DNA from: a bacterium
GTDB taxonomy: Bacteria > UBP7 > UBA6624 > JBBIMK01
Assembly (NCBI GenBank): GCA_037444445.1
Contig: JBBIMK010000001.1
Coordinates: 210,001-242,000, forward strand
Direction of reading: 5' to 3'
Length of the DNA stretch: 32,000 nt
Below the pieces are notes generated by a model. That model was not told the origin of the DNA, searched no databases, and saw only the letters and a program-made list of their open reading frames with translations. Of this stretch, positions 7,141-15,704 are shown one piece after another. The position numbers were made by a program, and so were the translations under genes. Numbering within the stretch: position 1 is the stretch's first letter; every line of letters begins with the position of its first letter.

Positions 7141-9796
7141 AGGGTATATTCAGAGTTACGGCCGATTGAAGCAGTTTCCCCTGGAATTTCCTTCCTCCTT
7201 CATCTTGGTTTTCGGAGGCAATGAAACTGGAAAATCCACTCTGCAATCTTTTTTGAAAAATATGCTCTGCGGGATGAAGGACCGGGGGAAAAAGGGGAAT
7301 ATACGGCATCCCGAATTTCAGAGATTTCAACCCTGGGAAACGCGCGAAAAAAACGATAGCATCTACGGTGGGCAGTTGACCTTGCAGTGCAGGAATGGTG
7401 AGGTTTACGAAATCCAGCGAAATTTTGTTCAACCGGAGGCTGACCGCATTCATCTCCTAACCCGCCATGAAGATTTAACGCAAAATTTTCAGGATGAGCA
7501 GGGGTTATGTTTCTTGGAAAAACGGCTGAATGCTTCCGCAGAAATCCTGGAAGGAATATACTGTCTTCCCCAGATACTTACGAATCCCGCAAGGGAGGAA
7601 GTCCAGCATGCATTGCATCACCGATTTTCATTACGCTTTGATTCTACTCCTGAAAAGGAAACCCTGCTTCGTGCCTTAAATGCTCTGAAATTGGAACAAG
7701 AGCAAACAACCCGGGCGATAGAAATTGAGGAACAGCACCTGCGGGAACTTTCGGCGAAAAGGGAAGAGATGAAGAAAATTTTACACCAGATTCATACTCT
7801 TCTGTCGCGATGTTCGCTACTCCGCCGGGAGCAAATTTCCCTGACTCAACAATTCTACAGCATTTATCAAGAATTGAAGCGCATCCGGCATTCTGTGGAA
7901 GATGTTCGGGACTTTCCGGATGAGTTTTTGCCCTCTCTTCGGGAACAGTCTGCTGTCCTCGCTAACACACTCCGTCGGCATCAACAGCTTCAGCTTGAAA
8001 AGAACTCTCTGAATCAAAAAATAGCCCGGGTAGCAGAGCAACTGCACAGTCATAAAAAATGGGAAGGGGTTCAAGAAAAGGAACTGGTCAGTATTCATAT
8101 TGCCCTGGAGGAGAAAGCGAGAATAGAGGCGATATACAAGGAAAAAGTAAAGGAGCGGACAGTCTTGAGCACATCCTGCGAGGAGAAGAGCAGGAAACTA
8201 CAGGAATTAGAGGTGGAACTGGGGAGCGACCCATTATCCGCCCTGAAACAACTGGAACGGCTCGTTCAGGAACGAGAGGCCTACAAATTGCTGGAAAGCC
8301 AAGCAGAAGAGAAACAGCGAGAAATTCAACATGAGTGGGAAGTTCAACAATTGAAAATTTTTTACCGCAGATTCGGCTGGATAATTCCCATCATTCTCGT
8401 AGCAGGTGCTTTTTGGGTTTTCATGGAATTGCATCCCCTGATTTTCATGCTCCTCGGCGGTGCGGGAGTTATCTCTGCTCTTGCTTTTCTGTGGATGGAG
8501 CGATTTTATGAAAGGAGAGGCAAAAGCATACAGGAACAATTACGGAAAGTGGAGCAGGAAGTTTCTACTTATGTGGAAGAGCAAACCGCCCGAGGAGTGG
8601 ACCTGACAAATCTGTTACACAAGGCTTGCGTGAAAAGTCCTGAAGAGTTCTATGCGAAAGTCCGTGAATATAGCGTTCTGCAGGCAGAGGTCAGAGCCTT
8701 CACTCCCTCCATCCTGGATTCAGAAATTGCCCGCCTGGAATCCACATTAAATTCACTGGATGAAAAAATCAAAGAGTTTTCCAGTAAACTGGATTTACCT
8801 TCGCCTCTCACCCTCTCCGCTCTTGAAGAAATTGAAAGGGAATATCTTCTCATCACCACCGCACGACAGGAGTGGCTTCAATTTCAGGCGCAGTTGAAAA
8901 CACTGAATGAACAACTGGCACATCTGGAACTGGAGCAAAAGGAATATGAGAAAATGATTCAGGAAACCCTGAAAAAAACAGGGGTAGCGGATATCGCATC
9001 GTTTGAGGAACAGGTTCGTCGGAAGAATCTGTATTTGCAAACCGCCTCTTTGTTAGAAGAATTCCAGGACTTCTATTTTCGGTATGCTGAGAATGACAAA
9101 ATGAAAAAAGAGGAAGCAGAAGGGGATGTCCGATGGAGAAACTCTACTCCTTCGGCGCTGGGTGAACGCCTGAAAACACTCCAGAATGCAGTGTGGAGTC
9201 TGGAGAATGAGTGGAAGGAAATGGAGCATCAGAGGCAAATTCTGGAAGGAGAATATGAATCGGCACAAGAGGTGGAAGAAAGGATATATTCGGTGGAAGA
9301 GAGGGTAAAACATCTCCAGCATAAGTGGAAGATACTCCAGCGGGGCAGGGAATTATTAGAGGGGGTGAAAGAGGAATTGGAATCCACCCTTTCTCCCCGC
9401 GTGAATGAAGCGTTTACAGAAATCAGTAAACGGCTTACCTTTCAGAGATATCGTTCCGCCAGGGTGCAGGAAAGTCTGGGGCTTGCCCTGAAGAGTTCAG
9501 AGAAGAAAGGATGGGTTAGTGCGGAAGACCTTTCTACGGGTGCTCTCGCTGTAACTGTTCTTGCTCTCCGATTGGCGTTTGCAGAAGTGTTGCAGGGAGA
9601 GAACGAGCCCTTGCCCTTTCTGATGGATGACCCGCTGGTTCATTTTGACGATGCCCACGCCGAAGAAGCAATAAAATTTCTCGCCTCCTGGCGCTCTGAG
9701 TATCAAATTTTCTACTTTACCTGCCACGAAAGAGAGAAAGCCCTCATCCAGAAATTCGTGCCGGATGCCTGGCTGCTTCTCACACCACCCGTATAA
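7127..9796 (+). CDS. YhaN/SbcC-like AAA (SMC-type) ATPase with long coiled coils and a central transmembrane hairpin
   Basis: I place the start at the ATG at 7127 (MKFLKGYIQSYGRLKQF...), in frame with the track ORF at 6929, giving a 14-nt overlap with the upstream gene. Walker A is FGGNETGKST, the signature motif is LSTGALAV and Walker B is LPFLMDDPLVHFD. The protein is heptad-rich and E/K/Q/L-rich. Two hydrophobic helices (WIIPIILVAGAFWVF, LIFMLLGGAGVISALAFLW) are encoded at about 8361-8505. Confidence 0.8.
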   Translation: MKFLKGYIQSYGRLKQFPLEFPSSFILVFGGNETGKSTLQSFLKNMLCGMKDRGKKGNIRHPEFQRFQPWETREKNDSIYGGQLTLQCRNGEVYEIQRNFVQPEADRIHLLTRHEDLTQNFQDEQGLCFLEKRLNASAEILEGIYCLPQILTNPAREEVQHALHHRFSLRFDSTPEKETLLRALNALKLEQEQTTRAIEIEEQHLRELSAKREEMKKILHQIHTLLSRCSLLRREQISLTQQFYSIYQELKRIRHSVEDVRDFPDEFLPSLREQSAVLANTLRRHQQLQLEKNSLNQKIARVAEQLHSHKKWEGVQEKELVSIHIALEEKARIEAIYKEKVKERTVLSTSCEEKSRKLQELEVELGSDPLSALKQLERLVQEREAYKLLESQAEEKQREIQHEWEVQQLKIFYRRFGWIIPIILVAGAFWVFMELHPLIFMLLGGAGVISALAFLWMERFYERRGKSIQEQLRKVEQEVSTYVEEQTARGVDLTNLLHKACVKSPEEFYAKVREYSVLQAEVRAFTPSILDSEIARLESTLNSLDEKIKEFSSKLDLPSPLTLSALEEIEREYLLITTARQEWLQFQAQLKTLNEQLAHLELEQKEYEKMIQETLKKTGVADIASFEEQVRRKNLYLQTASLLEEFQDFYFRYAENDKMKKEEAEGDVRWRNSTPSALGERLKTLQNAVWSLENEWKEMEHQRQILEGEYESAQEVEERIYSVEERVKHLQHKWKILQRGRELLEGVKEELESTLSPRVNEAFTEISKRLTFQRYRSARVQESLGLALKSSEKKGWVSAEDLSTGALAVTVLALRLAFAEVLQGENEPLPFLMDDPLVHFDDAHAEEAIKFLASWRSEYQIFYFTCHEREKALIQKFVPDAWLLLTPPV

Positions 9797-10623
9797 TGTC
9801 TCCATCTCTTCAGGTTGCTTATATTCTATCCGTCGGGTTGATGCTACTGACTCCCATTTTCATCTCCCGATATTTCGCCATAAAGTATCGGGTTGGATGG
9901 TCCTATACAGGCTGGGGAGCCTTGCTTTTCATCCTGGTTCAAACATTTCACATTCCAGCGGTAATGTTATTGCCCTCCATTTCACCTTTATTTTCTTCCA
10001 AGCATTTAGTCATTTATGCTGTCACCCTGGGCGTTCTGGCGGGACTATTTGAAGAAGGGGGACGGTATGTATCCTTCCGGTATTTCTTCCCCGGGCTGCT
10101 GAAACTCAAAGAAGGGGTCATTTGGGGATTGGGATGGGGAGGTGTGGAAGCCTTTCTTTTTGGCGGTATTGCCCTCCTGATGAGCCTCTTGCTATTCACG
10201 GTGATAGATTTAGAATCCCTGATGAAATCGGCACCTCTGCCCGGCAGTGAGCTGGAGAAATTCCTGGAGCAAATTCACCTTCAAAAGGAGGCTTTTTTTC
10301 ACGCTCCTCTATACGGACCCTTTCTCCCTGCCCTGGAACGTGCCTCCGCTATGATTTTCCAGGTATTTTTCAGCCTGATGGTTTTGCAGGCAGCGCGAAA
10401 ACGGAAATGGGTATTTCTCCTGGCGGCTTTTGGAATCCATAGCAGTATAGATTCCGCGGCGGTTATGCTGGCACCATGGATGCAAGCAAAAGACCCGCAA
10501 ATCACCTATCTCCGAGCTCTTGGTTTTGAACTTTCCCTGTTCATTATCGCATCTTCCTTTCTACTTTTTTACATCCGGCCTTCGTTGATTCAGGAAAATC
10601 TTGGATGCTCTCAGGCGAGATAG
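9796..10623 (+). CDS. YhfC-like / CPBP-type polytopic membrane protein (putative glutamic-type intramembrane protease)
   Basis: 275-aa ORF with about 7 hydrophobic segments. It has an EExxR motif (GLFEEGGRYVSFRY) and a later conserved His (FGIHSSIDSA). The start overlaps the upstream stop by 1 nt (TAATG). Confidence 0.6.
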   Translation: MSPSLQVAYILSVGLMLLTPIFISRYFAIKYRVGWSYTGWGALLFILVQTFHIPAVMLLPSISPLFSSKHLVIYAVTLGVLAGLFEEGGRYVSFRYFFPGLLKLKEGVIWGLGWGGVEAFLFGGIALLMSLLLFTVIDLESLMKSAPLPGSELEKFLEQIHLQKEAFFHAPLYGPFLPALERASAMIFQVFFSLMVLQAARKRKWVFLLAAFGIHSSIDSAAVMLAPWMQAKDPQITYLRALGFELSLFIIASSFLLFYIRPSLIQENLGCSQAR

Positions 10624-10646
10624 AATGACAGTTCAGGGAAGGAAAA

Positions 10647-10676
10647 TTGATGGAAGAAAAGCGTGGATGCTACAAT
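10647..10676 (+). promoter_or_regulatory. Candidate sigma70-type promoter TTGATG-18-(TGc)TACAAT
   Basis: -35 at 10647-10652 and -10 at 10671-10676, preceded by TG. The ATG at 10693 is only 16 nt downstream and has no obvious SD. Confidence 0.45.
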
Positions 10677-10692
10677 TTTATCAGCGGTTTAG

Positions 10693-11454
10693 ATGAACGC
10701 AGAAATTAAGATAGGATGTTGTGGGTTTCCGGTGGCACAGGAGCAATATTTTCAGTCGCTGAGGGTGGTGGAGATTCAACGGACCTTTTATAACCCACCC
10801 AGTGACACGACTGTTCAGAAATGGAGAGAAGGAGCGCCACCCGGGTTTGAATACACGGTGAAAGCGTGGCAGGTTATTACACATCCACCGAAAAGTCCTA
10901 CTTATCGCAAAGCGGGGATAGAAGTGGCGTCTGAGGAAGAAAGCCAGTATGGATATTTTCGCAGAACGCCTGCAACCCTGCGGGGTTGGGAGGCGATTCG
11001 TCGGGTGGCAGAAATTTTAAATGCTCGGGTGATTTTACTTCAAACTCCGCCCAGTTTCGAACCTTCTTCAGAAAATAAGGAAAATATCCGAATTTTTCTA
11101 ACCGTCATTGAGAGGGGAAATTTCTCCCTCGTGTGGGAGCCGAGAGGAAAGTGGCTTTCTCCATCTTGCCGCGACGACCTTCAGACCCTGTGCGAAGAAC
11201 TGCAAATCTATTGCTGTGTGGACCCTTTTATCACGGAGCCTCTACCATCTTCACTGGCTTACTTTCGGCTTCATGGGAAGGGCGAAACTGGATTACGCTA
11301 TCATTACACGCCGGAGGATTTTCACCTGCTCTGGAGTAAAATTCAAAGTATTTCACAACCTCAAGAAATCTATGTGTTTTTCAACAATATCTACATGTAT
11401 GAGGACGCAGTGAACTTCCAGAATTTTCTGCGTCAGGAGGGAGTCAAAATATAA
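10693..11454 (+). CDS. DUF72 (YecE/UPF0759) family protein
   Basis: 253-aa ORF. The N-terminal IGCCGFP... and the TIM-barrel-like pattern are typical of DUF72. The stop overlaps the trpS start (TAATG). Confidence 0.7.
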   Translation: MNAEIKIGCCGFPVAQEQYFQSLRVVEIQRTFYNPPSDTTVQKWREGAPPGFEYTVKAWQVITHPPKSPTYRKAGIEVASEEESQYGYFRRTPATLRGWEAIRRVAEILNARVILLQTPPSFEPSSENKENIRIFLTVIERGNFSLVWEPRGKWLSPSCRDDLQTLCEELQIYCCVDPFITEPLPSSLAYFRLHGKGETGLRYHYTPEDFHLLWSKIQSISQPQEIYVFFNNIYMYEDAVNFQNFLRQEGVKI

Positions 11455-12428
11455 TGAAACGGGTACTTTCGGGCATTCAACCTACGGGTGAACTTCACAT
11501 AGGGAATTATTTCGGCGCCATTAAAAACTGGGTATCCCTTCAGGGGTCCTACGAATGCTTCTACCTTATCGTAGATTACCACGCCATTACAGTAGATTTT
11601 GAACCCGGAGAACTTCGCCGAAACACACTGAAGATGGCAGGAGACCTGCTGGCTTGTGGAATTGATGCTCGGAAATCCGTTCTGTTCGTCCAATCCCACA
11701 TGCCCGAACATTCGGAGTTGTGCTGGATTCTCAATTGCTTCACCTCTTTTGGTGAGTTAACTCGCATGACGCAATTTAAGTCCAAGAAAGGAAAACAGGA
11801 GTTCGTGAGCGTGGGGCTATTCAATTACCCGGTGCTTCAGGCTGCTGACATTTTGCTTTACAAGCCAGATGCGGTGCCGGTGGGGGAAGACCAGATTCAG
11901 CATCTGGAGTTGACCAATATTGTGGCACGGCGGTTCAATAGTCGGCTACATACATCCTTCTTTCACGAGGTTTCTCCCATCCTTTCACCTTCACCACGCA
12001 TCATGTCACTACTGGAACCCACCCAAAAGATGAGTAAGAGCCTGGGTCCCCGGCATTATGTGGGAATTATGGAATCGCCTGAGATTATCTATCAAAAAAT
12101 CCGGAGTGCTGTAACGGATGTGGGACCCGCATCTCATCGTGGAATGAGTCCGGGCGTGAAGAATCTTTTTGAAATCCTGAAAGCCTGCGCTCCGCCTGAA
12201 GTAGTTCAAGAACTTTCTTGCGCATATCGTAAAAAAAATCTGAAATACGAGGAATTAAAACGAACCCTGTATGAATATCTGATGAAGGAATTAAAGCCCA
12301 TTCAAGAGAGTCGGGCGAATTTTTCCGATGAGAACATTCAGAAAATCCTTCAGGAGGGTGCCGAAAGAGCCCGAACCATAGCCGTTCAAACCATCCAAGA
12401 AGTTCGCAGTCTCATCGGCGTCAGATAG
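11454..12428 (+). CDS. trpS: Tryptophan--tRNA ligase
   Basis: 324-aa ORF with SGIQPTGELHIGNYFGAI (HIGH-type motif), GEDQIQHLELT and KMSKS. Confidence 0.95.
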   Translation: MKRVLSGIQPTGELHIGNYFGAIKNWVSLQGSYECFYLIVDYHAITVDFEPGELRRNTLKMAGDLLACGIDARKSVLFVQSHMPEHSELCWILNCFTSFGELTRMTQFKSKKGKQEFVSVGLFNYPVLQAADILLYKPDAVPVGEDQIQHLELTNIVARRFNSRLHTSFFHEVSPILSPSPRIMSLLEPTQKMSKSLGPRHYVGIMESPEIIYQKIRSAVTDVGPASHRGMSPGVKNLFEILKACAPPEVVQELSCAYRKKNLKYEELKRTLYEYLMKELKPIQESRANFSDENIQKILQEGAERARTIAVQTIQEVRSLIGVR

Positions 12429-12447
12429 AACCTTCCCCTTCGCGAAT

Positions 12448-12476
12448 TAGGCATAATTTCCCGAAAAGTGTATAAT
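12448..12476 (+). promoter_or_regulatory. Candidate promoter TAGGCA-17-TATAAT upstream of fabF
   Basis: -10 TATAAT at 12471-12476 and a -35-like TAGGCA at 12448-12453. An AAGGTAA SD precedes the ATG at 12492. Confidence 0.4.
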
Positions 12477-12491
12477 GAATTAAGGTAACCT

Positions 12492-13739
12492 ATGAGAAAA
12501 CGACGGGTTGTTGTCACTGGATTGGGCGCTGTTCATCCGTATGGAATGGGTGTGCCACTTCTCTGGCAGAAGGTGGTGGCGGGAGAGAATGGTGTCAAGA
12601 TAATCCGCCATTTTGACACTTCGGATTATTATTGCAAAGTGGGGGCCTATCTGGAAAACTTTAACCCACTGGATTATCTGGACAGGAAAGTGGTGATGGC
12701 CACCGACCCATTCCAGCAGTATGGCCTCGTGGCAACCCTGGAGGCATTGAAGGATTCTGCCTTACCCATAGACTCTACGAATTCCTTCCGGGTCGGGATT
12801 GTGGCAGGCAGTAACAACGGGGGCGTGACCACTATTCTGGAAGAAGCCGAACGATACCGACGGCGGGGGCTATATCGGGTTGCCCCTCTGTTCATCCCGA
12901 AGGTTGAAATTGATATGCTCCCGGGGCATATAGCGATTTTAACAGGCATCCGAGGTCCCAACATCGGTGTGACCGCTTCCTGCGCTACAGGAAATCTCGT
13001 GATTGGCTGGGCTTATCGCTTAATCCAGGCAGGGGATATAGATGCGGCGCTGGCGGTGGGAGCCGAGGCTGCCATCTCTCCCATTGCCTTATCCGCATTC
13101 ACCCAGTTGAGAGCCCTGGCAAAAATGTGGCCCAAAGACCCTACCCGAAGCCTTCGCCCTTTTGACCGAGAGCGCACAGGAACTATCTTCGGTGATGGAG
13201 CCAGTTGTCTGATTCTGGAAAGTCTGGAATCGGCAGAAAAGAGAAACGCCAGAATTTATGCCGAGGTGGCTGGATTAGGAATGAGCGATGATGCCTATCA
13301 CTTTACCGCTCCAGACCCGGAGGGAACTGGAGCCGCTTATAGTATGTCGTCCGCTCTCCGCGATGCCAACCTGACGCCTGAGGAGTTAGAACATATTCAC
13401 GCTCATGGAACCGGCACTCCCTATAATGATGTTACTGAGACGCGTGCCATCAAAAAGGTTTTCGGACAGCACGCCTACCATATACCTATCTCAGCCACAA
13501 AGGCTGTTCATGGGCATATGCTGGGGGCGGCAGGCACCACGGAAAGCCTGATTACCTGCCTCACCATTTATCATGGGATAATTCCCCCCACCATGAATCA
13601 TGAGAATCCGGATGACGAATGCGACCTGGATTATGTGCCTCAAAAAGCCAGAAAACAAACCGTTCGGAATGCCCTGGTAAATGCCTTCGGCTTTGGAGGC
13701 CATAATGCATCTCTCGTTTTTAAAGCCTACTCTGGATAA
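12492..13739 (+). CDS. fabF: 3-oxoacyl-ACP synthase II (KAS II)
   Basis: 415-aa ORF with the Cys-His-His triad in context: TASCATG, HAHGTGTP and HGHMLGAAG. The C-terminus has NAFGFGGHNASLVF. Confidence 0.92.
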   Translation: MRKRRVVVTGLGAVHPYGMGVPLLWQKVVAGENGVKIIRHFDTSDYYCKVGAYLENFNPLDYLDRKVVMATDPFQQYGLVATLEALKDSALPIDSTNSFRVGIVAGSNNGGVTTILEEAERYRRRGLYRVAPLFIPKVEIDMLPGHIAILTGIRGPNIGVTASCATGNLVIGWAYRLIQAGDIDAALAVGAEAAISPIALSAFTQLRALAKMWPKDPTRSLRPFDRERTGTIFGDGASCLILESLESAEKRNARIYAEVAGLGMSDDAYHFTAPDPEGTGAAYSMSSALRDANLTPEELEHIHAHGTGTPYNDVTETRAIKKVFGQHAYHIPISATKAVHGHMLGAAGTTESLITCLTIYHGIIPPTMNHENPDDECDLDYVPQKARKQTVRNALVNAFGFGGHNASLVFKAYSG

Positions 13740-13800
13740 ATCTCGCTCCTTTCAAAACTTTCTTCTCCTCACCTTTTGAGCGGAGTATAATGAAAATGCA

Positions 13801-15675
13801 ATGAAAAAATCACTGGCCCCATGGGTTGGGCTGATATTATTCCTCATTCAAGCCTTCCATTCTCCCCCGTCGTTCTCACCACAGACGCTTCAACGGATTC
13901 GGGATGCTACCGTATTCATTGCGGTCCCTTTAATAGGAACCAGCGTGGTTCCTCAGGGAAGTGGGGTGGTCATTTCTCCGGAAGGCTGGATTCTCACCAG
14001 CGCTCACCTGATTAGCGGATGGGTGAAAGAAAATACCTGGGTGGGACCCTTTCCGGTTCAGCAAATAGAAGTCTACTTACATCCCGGAACTCCTTCAGTG
14101 AAACGGTTGCTGGCTACACCTGTGTTCACCCTAATGGATGAAGGGCTGGATATTGCTCTATTAAAGATTCCGGCTTCCGGATTGGATTTTCTTCCCCTGG
14201 AACCTGAGGGAAATTATCATCCACAAGAAAGAATATGGGCAATAGGCTACCCTGGAGGTGCTCTGGGGAGTGAAAATCCGAATGGGCCTGAACCACAAAT
14301 CGCCTCCGGGTTCATTACTTCTCTAACCTATTCCGCTTCTGGCAAACCTCGTTATATCTACCACAATGCACCGATTGTGGTGGGAAATAGCGGGGGACCC
14401 CTCCTGAATAGTGAGGGAGATCTGATTGGCATCAACGGCTGGGCTGTAGGCGCTCGGAGTCGGCTTGCCTTCTCCCTGGCGGACCTGAAATCCTGGATTA
14501 GCCCTTACTTACGAAATCCTAACGAGCCCTTTTCCGCTATAACCCACGGCGCCAGAGAAGCAGAAACGCTCTCTGCCATTGTCTCCCCTCCATCCAGCGG
14601 CATAGACCTTTCCAGAGTGGATAACCTGCGCTGGTCAATTCCCGCCACTCATCTCACCACACCTGTAGTCAACCTCAATGGGTGGATTTTTTTTGACCGA
14701 AATATCTATTCCCAGGAGCGGGGCTTGATCTCTCAAATTGTAGCTGTAAGCCCGGAGGGTAAGACACAATGGGAAACGAACTTACCTGGCAGAATTTCTC
14801 CACCTCTTGCTTCGGATAGCCAAAAATATCTTTACGCAGTCGTAGGGGCTTCTCTATACCAGTTGAACCTGCAGGATGGGAAAATAACCCGGCAGTTCAC
14901 GCCCCAGACCGGATTTCTTGAACCCCCTCTCTTTTTTCCCGATGGGAACTTGATCATTTACGGTGCATTCCCCGAGGTTATCCAAATGACTCCGGAAGGG
15001 AAGGTTCGCTGGCGAGTAAAGAGGGGAGTGAATAAAGCACCGGTTGTAGATAAAGACGGAAACCTGTATTTTGTGGCGGCTGAAAAACCCCCAGCGCCAC
15101 CCTTTACTTTGATTAAGTTATCGCCGGAAGGGAAAATTCAGTGGGCTGAACAACCGGGGGACACGATTGTAGGTTCCCCCACCCTTCTCAACTCTTCCCC
15201 CTGGGTCTACCTGAGCACAGGTCACATCATCCGCTACTCTCCACAGGGAAATTTGCTCAATCGTATACCCATAAGAGTGTCTGCGGAAGTAGGGTTCACC
15301 CCTCTGGGTGAAAATACGATTCTTGCGATTCGGGAACCGGACGAAGATTTGTGTGCTCTTTCCTCAGACGGAACCTTAAAGTGGTCATTCCAGGCCGACG
15401 AGAAGTTCAATTATTTTGGACGACCCCGGGTAGACTCTACCGGGCGAATTGCCATTGTCAGCCACAGTTATATCGGACGAGAGGAACCCGAATCCCTGTA
15501 CTTACTTTCTTCGGAAGGAGAGATGCTATGGAAAATGACTTCCGCCGGTTCTATTTCACCTGCCATCAGCGACCCGGTGTTTGGTGCCGATGGCTCCCTC
15601 TATGTGGTCGTCCGCTCTGACTCCCGTTATCTATTGATTTCCTTGATGGCGCCCCTCCGAAGCCCAAAGAAATAA
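13801..15675 (+). CDS. Secreted trypsin-like (S1/S1C) serine protease fused to a PQQ/BamB-like beta-propeller
   Basis: 624-aa ORF with a signal-peptide-like N-terminus (MKKSLAPWVGLILFLIQAF). The catalytic triad contexts are ILTSAHLI (His), DIALLKI (Asp) and GNSGGPLLN (Ser). About 7-8 repeats follow with the signature (S)PEGK.xW (PEGKTQWETN, PEGKVRWRV, PEGKIQWAEQ, SDGTLKWSF, SEGEMLWKM). Confidence 0.8.
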   Translation: MKKSLAPWVGLILFLIQAFHSPPSFSPQTLQRIRDATVFIAVPLIGTSVVPQGSGVVISPEGWILTSAHLISGWVKENTWVGPFPVQQIEVYLHPGTPSVKRLLATPVFTLMDEGLDIALLKIPASGLDFLPLEPEGNYHPQERIWAIGYPGGALGSENPNGPEPQIASGFITSLTYSASGKPRYIYHNAPIVVGNSGGPLLNSEGDLIGINGWAVGARSRLAFSLADLKSWISPYLRNPNEPFSAITHGAREAETLSAIVSPPSSGIDLSRVDNLRWSIPATHLTTPVVNLNGWIFFDRNIYSQERGLISQIVAVSPEGKTQWETNLPGRISPPLASDSQKYLYAVVGASLYQLNLQDGKITRQFTPQTGFLEPPLFFPDGNLIIYGAFPEVIQMTPEGKVRWRVKRGVNKAPVVDKDGNLYFVAAEKPPAPPFTLIKLSPEGKIQWAEQPGDTIVGSPTLLNSSPWVYLSTGHIIRYSPQGNLLNRIPIRVSAEVGFTPLGENTILAIREPDEDLCALSSDGTLKWSFQADEKFNYFGRPRVDSTGRIAIVSHSYIGREEPESLYLLSSEGEMLWKMTSAGSISPAISDPVFGADGSLYVVVRSDSRYLLISLMAPLRSPKK

Positions 15676-15704
15676 CCCGTCCATCAAAGGATTTCATTAA
15701 AATA

